Assembly: GCA_048940925.1 (NCBI GenBank)
Contig: JBHLOC010000063.1
Span: forward strand, 1-18,489
DNA length: 18,489 nt
Source of the DNA: Promethearchaeota archaeon
Lineage (GTDB): Archaea > Asgardarchaeota > Lokiarchaeia > Sigyniarchaeales > SOKP01
Direction of reading: 5' to 3'
Each line of letters starts with the position of its first letter. The stretch's first letter is position 1. Of this stretch, positions 1-7,107 are shown in pieces. Below the pieces are notes generated by a model that was given only the letters and a program-made list of their open reading frames with translations, made no database searches and had not been told where the DNA came from. The position numbers and the translations under genes were made by a program.

Positions 1-15
1 AATTAAACATTCTGA

Positions 16-237
16 TTAACCACCACCAGGTGTAAAAAGCCAGTCGAATATATGCATATGTGCTAATATTACTAACATTATTAATGCTATAGACAAAATA
101 ATTGTACTTACTGGTCCCACTTTAATACCAATTGAACTATCTTCAAAAAATCTCATTAATCCTGCTCCTCCCATTGGCATAGGGGTAGTTCCACTTCTTC
201 TCTTCTTCCGTTTTGATTGGGATCGACTAGCTGGCAT
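16..237 (-). CDS. secG: Preprotein translocase subunit Sec61beta (archaeal SecG/Sec-beta), ~73 aa
   Basis: Basic N-terminus, then GAGLMRFFEDSSIGIKVGP (Sec61beta signature AGLxRF..D..G.K..P) and one C-terminal TM helix. The track start at 252 overlaps a GAGGT Shine-Dalgarno-like motif (246-250, minus strand) 8 nt upstream of ATG 237, so 237 (MPASRS...) is preferred. Confidence 0.92.
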   Translation of the reverse strand: MPASRSQSKRKKRRSGTTPMPMGGAGLMRFFEDSSIGIKVGPVSTIILSIALIMLVILAHMHIFDWLFTPGGG

Positions 238-277
238 AAAAAAAAACCTCATTAGAATTATTAAATGTAGTAATACC

Positions 278-338
278 CGAAAAAATTTAAAATTTTATAT
301 AAAAGTTTTAAAAATATATTTTAATAAATTTATATAAA
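278..338. promoter_or_regulatory. Candidate divergent promoter region between Sec61beta and ribophorin I
   Basis: BRE/TATA-like CGAAAAAATTTAAAA at 278-292 and two palindromic TATA-like boxes, TTTTATATAAAA (293-304) and TTTATATAAA (329-338), readable from either strand. The region is extremely AT-rich, so individual boxes are uncertain. Confidence 0.4.
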
Positions 339-384
339 CGGTATTCATTATTTTTAAATAATTTTAAAGAGTAGTTAGCAGATT

Positions 385-2223
385 ATGTTGAAAAAAATAC
401 GAGCACCATTAATTTTCCTAATTGTTCTGATATTTTTGTCCTTTCTTCCGAGTATGTCAAATTTTAATTATATGGAAAACGATGATACCCAACAACCAAC
501 ATATTCAGCTAGTTTAGAAGGAGCGGAAAATATCGTGATAACTAAACTATTTAGAGCAGCAAATCTAAGTGGTTATGGTTTCGTTTCTTTTGAAGATTCA
601 TTAACGATTAAAAATTTCAATGACAATCCTATTACTTCAATTATGGTTGGAATTCCTTTAGCTGATGCAGAAGAATTAGTTTTTTTTAGAAGCGCTGGAG
701 ATGAAGGGAATACTTTATATACTGAACGCTCAAATATGGTAATAGATGATTATGAAATGTTTGCAATATACTTCGATTCTCCTTTATTACCTTACCAAAC
801 AAAATCTATTAAATTTCTGCACCAATATAAAAATCTCATTACTTATGTTCAAGCAGAAAAACAAATTCTATATTGCAACACTACTGTTTTTCCAATCTTG
901 CCATATAGAGCCGAAGGAGATATTAAAGCTTATTTTTATTTGCCAAAATATTCAGATGACATTAATGGTAGTTGGGGATTTGAACATGAACAACCACAAT
1001 ATTTTATACGATATGAATTAGTATTTATAGAATCGCAAATTGGAGACTTAATACTCACACCATATTTGGAAAATTTAAATAATTTAAAATATACAAATAT
1101 TAATTTTACTCATGGAACAGTCTCAAAGATGGAAATTACTGAAATTAATAGAGAAATTTACATCTCACCCTGGGGGATTGTCAGGGTTAAAGAAGATTTT
1201 ACAATCGAAAATTTAGGAATTCTTTCTTATACAAATATTACACTTAGCATACCCGCTCGAGCTAAAGATGTAGCAGTATCAGATGACCTAGGAGAAATGG
1301 ATATAATTATCAGTTCTCCTAATGATAAAGGATTGAAAGAATTATTAATCAATTTCATAACAAATCGTATCCAATTAATACCTCATACCTCTTATAGGTT
1401 TAGTATTAAATATTATCTCCCTTTTGATAAATACTATTCTACAAACTGGTTTCAAGGATCAATACAACTTGATATTTTAACCACTAAATCTGAATTTCTT
1501 GGAAGAAATCAAATTGTAAAAATTGTCATAGATGGTTGTAATAAAATTAACCATATTACTGAACCTCCAGAAATTATAAAAAAATCACATGGTACCGTTA
1601 TATTGACTTATGAATCAGATTTCGTAACCCCTTTTGAAAGTAATGTAATTCAATTTGCTTTTACAATTGATTTATTTGACTTACTCTTTAGACCTATAAT
1701 TTTTATGATAATAATTGCTTCTATTGCCTCAATTTATGTGTTAACTGTTAAAACAAGAAAAAAGGAACGTGATATGAATGTTTTAAAGAGAGAATTTATA
1801 CCGGTTAATGAAATACGTGAATTTTGTTCCTTGTATGAAGAAAAAAATGCTTTAACATTAGAAATTCGACAAGCAGAAGAAAACGCAAGAAGAAAGAAAA
1901 TAGCTAAAAAGAATTACAAAAATATTTTAGACAAAAATACGTTAAAAATAGATCAAATACTACAAGAAATATATCCTTTTAAAAAGGTTCTACTAGAAAC
2001 TAATATTACTTTTGAAAACGTGATAAAAAGGTTAGATCTTCTAGAAGCAGAGCGAATAAGTGTTAAAGATAGTTTAAATCTTTTAGAGTCTCGATATAAA
2101 AGAGGTAGATTGCCCTCTAGAGCGGCTTATCAAAAATTATCTGATGATTTTAAGAAAAGGAGAAGAAAAATTGAGAGAAATATTGATAAATTAATTCAAC
2201 AATTAAGAAGTTACCTCCTATAA
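385..2223 (+). CDS. rpn1: Ribophorin I / OST1-like oligosaccharyltransferase subunit, 612 aa
   Basis: N-terminal signal peptide and two tandem beta-rich lumenal-type domains (LSGYGFVSFEDSLTIKN and ISPWGIVRVKEDFTIENLG, cf. RPN1 vShWGni.veE.y.l.N.G; AKDVAVSDDLG, cf. A.dvyy.D.iG). Single TM at ~438-455 after RP, then a ~157-aa basic helical cytosolic tail. Confidence 0.82.
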   Translation: MLKKIRAPLIFLIVLIFLSFLPSMSNFNYMENDDTQQPTYSASLEGAENIVITKLFRAANLSGYGFVSFEDSLTIKNFNDNPITSIMVGIPLADAEELVFFRSAGDEGNTLYTERSNMVIDDYEMFAIYFDSPLLPYQTKSIKFLHQYKNLITYVQAEKQILYCNTTVFPILPYRAEGDIKAYFYLPKYSDDINGSWGFEHEQPQYFIRYELVFIESQIGDLILTPYLENLNNLKYTNINFTHGTVSKMEITEINREIYISPWGIVRVKEDFTIENLGILSYTNITLSIPARAKDVAVSDDLGEMDIIISSPNDKGLKELLINFITNRIQLIPHTSYRFSIKYYLPFDKYYSTNWFQGSIQLDILTTKSEFLGRNQIVKIVIDGCNKINHITEPPEIIKKSHGTVILTYESDFVTPFESNVIQFAFTIDLFDLLFRPIIFMIIIASIASIYVLTVKTRKKERDMNVLKREFIPVNEIREFCSLYEEKNALTLEIRQAEENARRKKIAKKNYKNILDKNTLKIDQILQEIYPFKKVLLETNITFENVIKRLDLLEAERISVKDSLNLLESRYKRGRLPSRAAYQKLSDDFKKRRRKIERNIDKLIQQLRSYLL

Positions 2224-2247
2224 AATATCTTTATTGTGTAAAAATTC

Positions 2248-2871
2248 ATGAAACCATGGTTATTTGATATATTAGCATGCCCCATTGATAAATCTTTTCC
2301 ATTAAAATTATTTATTTTCTCTTTTGAAACAAAACCTGAAGAGTTTCAAGCATTTATTGATATATATGAAAAAAGAGATATATCCTCTATAAAAGAACGA
2401 AACGTAATTGAAGTATCGGAAGAAAATAACTTACTTTTCATAAAAGATAACATTACTATAGAAAAAACTCCTATAAAATCTTATCTGGGATTAATTATCT
2501 CAAGTATTAATGAACTAGATAATATTTACGATAGAACTAAAGATGCTCATAGTATAAAATGTTTTAACATGATAAAAACAGGAATTAAACAAAAAATTGT
2601 TGAATTTCTTGATAAAAACGATGTTATTAATATCGAAAATATCTTTCCTGAATTATATTTTTTAAATAAAGTAAAAGTGGAAACAGAAATTGAATCAGGG
2701 TTATTATTTTGTAATGAATGCAATCGTTGGTATCCAATAATAGATACAATACCACAAATGCTCCCAGATCAATTTAGAGATAGGAAAAAAGAAATTGAAT
2801 TCCTAAAAATCAATAAAAATTTATTAGATGAAGAATTTTTTAATCAAAACCTTAAACCATTTAATTTATAA
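2248..2871 (+). CDS. trm112: Trm112 family methyltransferase activator, long form, 207 aa
   Basis: N-terminal LFDILACPIDK.FPL and C-terminal EIESGLLFCNECNRWYPIIDTIPQMLPD are the two halves of the Trm112 zinc-knuckle motif, separated by a ~120-aa insertion. Confidence 0.9.
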   Translation: MKPWLFDILACPIDKSFPLKLFIFSFETKPEEFQAFIDIYEKRDISSIKERNVIEVSEENNLLFIKDNITIEKTPIKSYLGLIISSINELDNIYDRTKDAHSIKCFNMIKTGIKQKIVEFLDKNDVINIENIFPELYFLNKVKVETEIESGLLFCNECNRWYPIIDTIPQMLPDQFRDRKKEIEFLKINKNLLDEEFFNQNLKPFNL

Positions 2872-2876
2872 AAAAG

Positions 2877-2978
2877 AGCCCGGTGGTGTAGTGGCCAAGC
2901 ATTTGGGGCCTTGAACCCCGCGACCACGGTTCGAATATTAACAAGTATGCTTGTTAATTGAAATTCCGTGCCGGGCTA
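2877..2978 (+). tRNA. trnQ: tRNA-Gln(TTG) with a 29-nt intron (2936-2964) at position 59/60; CCA not encoded
   Basis: Acceptor stem AGCCCGG (2877-2883)/CCGGGCT (2971-2977) with the A1-U72 pair typical of archaeal tRNA-Gln. D arm GTGT-AGTGGCCAA-GCAT; anticodon arm TGGGG-CC TTG AA-CCCCG (anticodon 2911-2913); T stem CACGG/CCGTG. T loop TTCGAA|T is restored on removing the intron; discriminator A2978; spliced length 73 nt. Confidence 0.93.
2936..2964 (+). other. Archaeal tRNA intron with a bulge-helix-bulge (BHB) splice motif
   Basis: Central helix TTCG (2930-2933)/TGAA (2959-2962); 3-nt bulges AAT (2934-2936) and ATT (2963-2965). Flanked by the T stem and a perfect 9-bp intron stem ATTAACAAG (2937-2945)/CTTGTTAAT (2950-2958) with a TATG loop. 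Confidence 0.9.
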
Positions 2979-2980
2979 TC

Positions 2981-2990
2981 TTTATATAAA
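2981..2990 (+). promoter_or_regulatory. Candidate TATA box upstream of the GPT gene
   Basis: TTTATATAAA just after the tRNA, 62 nt before ATG 3053; identical to the box at 329-338. Confidence 0.3.
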
Positions 2991-3052
2991 GAAAAGGGGA
3001 AATTTTCAATATATAATACTAGTTTATCTAAATAGAAATAGTCTAAAATGAT

Positions 3053-4423
3053 ATGTCTCATCTTACAGAGTTAAATTGGAGTTTTTTAGAAATATTCTTT
3101 CTTATCATAATTTTCTTAGTTGGATTTTTTGTAACTTTTAAAATTCTTCCGTCTATAATAAAATTTATGATCAAGAAAGATTATATAGGTTATGACATAC
3201 ATAAAAACGCTCGACCCAAGGTAGCCGAATCTGGTGGAGTTGCCTTGGTAATAGGTTTTACATTTGCCTCAATTTTCCTAATGCTGTTTTTTCCAGACAT
3301 AATAAATAAGACCTTGATTTTTCTTTTAACTGTCATTAGTGCGGGTATAATTGGATTTATTGATGATAGAAAAAAACTAAAATCACGATATAAAATTACA
3401 CTTTCAATTTTTTGTGGTAGTGCAATTTTTCTTGCGAATTTTTTTGGTATTATAACAATTTCTTCACCTACAATTCCTTTTCTTGATAAAACCAGATTAA
3501 ACTTTATTTATCCGCTCATTATACCTGTAATTGTAGCTGTTTTCGCAAATAGTGTAAATATGCTGGAAGGATATAATGGGGAAGGTTCCGGAACTTGTTT
3601 AATAGTTGTTATTTTTCTGTTCATATGCGGATTAGTATGGAATTCTGCTGAAACTGTGGTTTTTACTATTCCTGTAATTGCAGTAATAATCCCTTTCTTT
3701 ATTTATAATAAATATCCCGCAAGAATATTCCCCGGAGATGTAGGAACTCTAAGTATGGGGGCAATGATTGCCTGTATTATGTTTTTTGGATCACTTGAGG
3801 TTGCTACATTCTGTGCTCTTCTAACTCATATATTTAATAGTTTTTATGTAATAAATTCAGTTCGCGGTTTCTTTGAAAGCAGTGATATTCATGAAAATAA
3901 AAGTGATATTATATTACTAGAAGATGATCGAATCCAAGCATCAGATAAAAGAGATGCTGCCCTAACATTACCTCGATTAATACTGGCAAAAGGGCCTTTA
4001 ACAGAACCAGAATTAGTAAAAAATTTTTATGCTCTTTCAGTAATTTGTGGTTTTTTTTCTATTACCTCTATTATCTTCTTACAGGTTTCCGTAGGAAACT
4101 ATGAACTTATTGTCTTTTTAGTTTCAATTAGTATAATTGTTATCCCTGTTAGTTTTTTATTATATAAGTTCCCTAGAATCAGGGGAATTACAATACAGAT
4201 GATCATTTTACTATTGTTTATAACATGCTTTTTGGTTATTATTGAAAGTTTTATTATGCCTTTGCCATTTGAAGATATTGGGTTTGGTATAATAAAGATC
4301 CCCGTTAATCTCTTAATTTCTTTTCTTTTAGTTGTTCCAGGATTAATTATTTGGTATTTATTTGCTATTAAATATTTTTGGTCAGTAATCAACAAAATGA
4401 AAATTAAAAATGATATAAATTAA
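3053..4423 (+). CDS. aglH: UDP-GlcNAc:dolichyl-phosphate GlcNAc-1-phosphate transferase (GPT/DPAGT1/Alg7/AglH; Glycos_transf_4 family), 456 aa
   Basis: Polytopic membrane protein with GYDIHK, VAESGG, GFIDD, NSVNMLEGYNG, YNKYPARIFPGDVGT and LTLPRLIL.KGPLTEPELV. These match the archaeal/eukaryotic GPT branch rather than MraY/WecA. It has a ~110-aa C-terminal extension. Confidence 0.88.
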   Translation: MSHLTELNWSFLEIFFLIIIFLVGFFVTFKILPSIIKFMIKKDYIGYDIHKNARPKVAESGGVALVIGFTFASIFLMLFFPDIINKTLIFLLTVISAGIIGFIDDRKKLKSRYKITLSIFCGSAIFLANFFGIITISSPTIPFLDKTRLNFIYPLIIPVIVAVFANSVNMLEGYNGEGSGTCLIVVIFLFICGLVWNSAETVVFTIPVIAVIIPFFIYNKYPARIFPGDVGTLSMGAMIACIMFFGSLEVATFCALLTHIFNSFYVINSVRGFFESSDIHENKSDIILLEDDRIQASDKRDAALTLPRLILAKGPLTEPELVKNFYALSVICGFFSITSIIFLQVSVGNYELIVFLVSISIIVIPVSFLLYKFPRIRGITIQMIILLLFITCFLVIIESFIMPLPFEDIGFGIIKIPVNLLISFLLVVPGLIIWYLFAIKYFWSVINKMKIKNDIN

Positions 4424-4519
4424 AAATAATTGAGATTCAATATATTTTCAAAGAAATCTAAAAATCAAATTCATTTCAGTTTATTAAGAAAAAAAATTTG
4501 AAAAAGTGAGGTGTAACGG

Positions 4520-7069
4520 TTGAAAAAAATTCTCAGAACCTTATTTTTCATAATATATCTTCTTGCATCAATAGGACTATTTATCACATTGAATTCTACA
4601 TTCTTCCACTTTGAATGGTTAGAACTTATATTTGATTGGAGTTTTTTAATAACTGTTTTCCTGTATTTATTAACAATAGAAGAGTTTTATCACTGGGTTC
4701 GCAATAATAAAAGAAGTGAAATGAGTGATCTTGTCGCAATAGCTTTTTTCTTTTTCCTTATTTTTTTCTTTTCTAAGGACTTCCTAACGTCATTAATGGG
4801 GGCGTTCTCAATTTATCTATGGATTGGAATTTTTGAATTAAAAGAGTATCCAGTATTAAATAAAATTTTAATTATCTCATTGGTTACTTATAATATTATA
4901 TTTATTGCCGGTATCCTTTCTTTCTATCAGGAAAGTCCTTTTTTTATTAATACTGCTTTTGCATTTTCTTTCTGGATAATACTAATTATGGGATTTTTAT
5001 TATTTGGGAGAAAATATATAATTGTGTGGAGGTTTATGAGCCCGGAATATTTAACACTCTTTTTATATATAATAGCTTGGCTAGCAGTCGTGTTTATTGA
5101 TCAATATACCGCTCTTAGCTTCATTAATAATAAACCCTTAATAACCAATCATTTTACCATTCTTGATTTGTTTATGAACATATATTTTATCCTAATTTGT
5201 ATGAATTGGTTAATATATTTCGTATCTGGAGTAATATTAGACAAAATGCTTGGAATCAAGAGAATAACAGAAAATATTATGCTAGAAAAAGTAGAAAAAG
5301 TGAAAAACGATCTTGGGATAAAAGGTAAAGTAAAAGTTGGTTATGGAAAGTATCCAATTTTGAATGCAATGGCTTATGGTTCTTTTTTTGATAAAAGAAT
5401 TGCAATAATAGCTGAGGATATAAATCAAATTCCTAATGATGAGTTGAATGGTATTTTAGCCCATGAACTGGCACATACAAAAGGAAAACACACCTTAATT
5501 CTAACTTGCATCGCTTCTGGGGATCTAATTTTTAGGATGTTTTTAGGTTTACCAGCTACATTATACGATTATACTTTCGGTAAACCTCAGATTCCAATGA
5601 TTATTTTTATTTTTTTAAATTTAGCATTATATATACTCCTTTTTATATTTGTAAGAATTTTAGAAGGAAAAGCAGATTTAAAAGCCAAAAAAGCAGGATA
5701 TGCAAATGAACTTGCGAAAGCACTTTATAATTTAGAAAGCTTTTATGCCACTGGACGAGAAATTGGATTTAATACTATGCTTCTATGTGATGAGAAAATT
5801 ACAAATGATAATCAATTATTAGATTACATGAATACAGCTATTTATCTAAATCGGTCAATTATTAAACCATCACGAATTTCTCTCTTAGGGAATTTCATTA
5901 ATTCACATCCTCCGAGCTATTTAAGAATTGCTACTATTTTGGGGGATGAATTAAAACCAAGTAAAGAAGCTATTCTTCCTTTTATTTGTTTAAAAAAATC
6001 AAAACAACAGAAATACGCCAGAAAGTTCGAATCTGCACGGCAAAAATTTAAAACTATAGCAAATAGCAAATTCAAGGAGACTTTTGGAATAAAAAATATT
6101 CCTTTTCTAATGGAAAAATTGAGAAGAAAAGAATTATATAAGTTTGATCTAAATAAAGATTACATTTTTAGAAATAAGATTACTGATGAGATTAGAATAG
6201 GGAAATTAAATGATATTCAATTTCTTGATGATATTAGCGAAAGTGAACAATTTACTATAACTAATCTAAAAACTAATAAAAATGAATTGTTAAATTCATC
6301 ATTATATAATCACATTCAAATCGATCTGAATGAAAAATATTTCTTTGCGAAGAATTCTCCATTAACTTTAATAGATATTGACTTGAATAAGAAGAATCCT
6401 AAAGAGAGCTCTTTAATCTTTTTAGATGAGGAAAAAAATAAGCTTTTAAAACCAATTTTAAAAACTAAGCTCCCAAATTCACTAGCTTTCATTAAAAATT
6501 TGAAAGAACAAGAGATTTTTTTCAAAAAAAAGGGAAAATTGAAAATCTCTAAATGTATAGATGTTATAGATGCAGAAGATATCAGAAATTATAAATTAAT
6601 TCTAACTAATTTTGAAACTAAAGAAAACCATGAACCAGAGCATTTAAAATATGCAATAAATGAACTGATTATTAAACCAAAAAGGATAGTTTTTGCTATA
6701 CGTAGAGATAGAAAGTTTCGAGAATCTGAAGTTCAAATAATAAAATGGTTGATAAATAGGAAGCTTCTTTCTTATATTTATCTAAAAAAACCAGTAAATA
6801 ATCTAGAAATTGGCTTTATCCAGAAAATAAATCTAAACTTACCTAATTTTGAAAAATATTTAAAAAAAGACGAAAAAAATGAAGATGAAACACTACTTAT
6901 TAGTAATATCTTTGGAAAAGAAATAAAAATCCCTTACAATAAAATAGAATTAATTATATTTGACTATACCAGTGCTATGATTCAAATTAAATCAGAAACG
7001 AGCTTTACAAGTCGCTTAAGTTATAAGATATTAAAGAAATTTAAACCAGAAAGAATCTTAATAACTTAA
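4520..7069 (+). CDS. M48-family (HtpX/Ste24-like) membrane zinc metalloprotease with expanded N-terminal TM region and large C-terminal soluble domain, 849 aa
   Basis: LNAMAYG, DELNGILAHELAH (HExxH at residues 315-319, nt 5462-5476), LEGKAD and SHPP..LRI motifs; about 8 hydrophobic segments before the catalytic core. TTG start preceded by GAGGTG (4508-4513). Confidence 0.85.
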   Translation: MKKILRTLFFIIYLLASIGLFITLNSTFFHFEWLELIFDWSFLITVFLYLLTIEEFYHWVRNNKRSEMSDLVAIAFFFFLIFFFSKDFLTSLMGAFSIYLWIGIFELKEYPVLNKILIISLVTYNIIFIAGILSFYQESPFFINTAFAFSFWIILIMGFLLFGRKYIIVWRFMSPEYLTLFLYIIAWLAVVFIDQYTALSFINNKPLITNHFTILDLFMNIYFILICMNWLIYFVSGVILDKMLGIKRITENIMLEKVEKVKNDLGIKGKVKVGYGKYPILNAMAYGSFFDKRIAIIAEDINQIPNDELNGILAHELAHTKGKHTLILTCIASGDLIFRMFLGLPATLYDYTFGKPQIPMIIFIFLNLALYILLFIFVRILEGKADLKAKKAGYANELAKALYNLESFYATGREIGFNTMLLCDEKITNDNQLLDYMNTAIYLNRSIIKPSRISLLGNFINSHPPSYLRIATILGDELKPSKEAILPFICLKKSKQQKYARKFESARQKFKTIANSKFKETFGIKNIPFLMEKLRRKELYKFDLNKDYIFRNKITDEIRIGKLNDIQFLDDISESEQFTITNLKTNKNELLNSSLYNHIQIDLNEKYFFAKNSPLTLIDIDLNKKNPKESSLIFLDEEKNKLLKPILKTKLPNSLAFIKNLKEQEIFFKKKGKLKISKCIDVIDAEDIRNYKLILTNFETKENHEPEHLKYAINELIIKPKRIVFAIRRDRKFRESEVQIIKWLINRKLLSYIYLKKPVNNLEIGFIQKINLNLPNFEKYLKKDEKNEDETLLISNIFGKEIKIPYNKIELIIFDYTSAMIQIKSETSFTSRLSYKILKKFKPERILIT

Positions 7070-7107
7070 AAAAGTTTATTATAAATAAACCTTTCAAATG
7101 GTTATCA

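Noticed and set aside
746-1021. 91-aa alternative-frame ORF
   Set aside because: Fully inside ribophorin I, with no motif or SD; a shadow ORF.
2903-2921. Reading the tRNA as Ser(TGA) by shifting the anticodon loop one base
   Set aside because: The shifted stem does not pair, there is no long variable arm, and A1-U72 plus the D arm match archaeal tRNA-Gln.
2937-2958. Hairpin as terminator, CRISPR repeat or mini mobile element
   Set aside because: Single copy and fully explained as the stem of a BHB tRNA intron.
4099-4395. 98-aa minus-strand ORF
   Set aside because: Antisense to the hydrophobic GPT C-terminus; I/K/N-rich composition typical of antisense shadows.
3053-4423. MraY/WecA (bacterial cell-wall) assignment
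   Set aside because: GxDxxK, ESGG, NxxNxxxGxNG and LTL..LIL..GP..E motifs fit the GPT/AglH branch, and there are no peptidoglycan genes nearby.
6316-6525. 69-aa minus-strand ORF
   Set aside because: Antisense shadow of the M48 protease.
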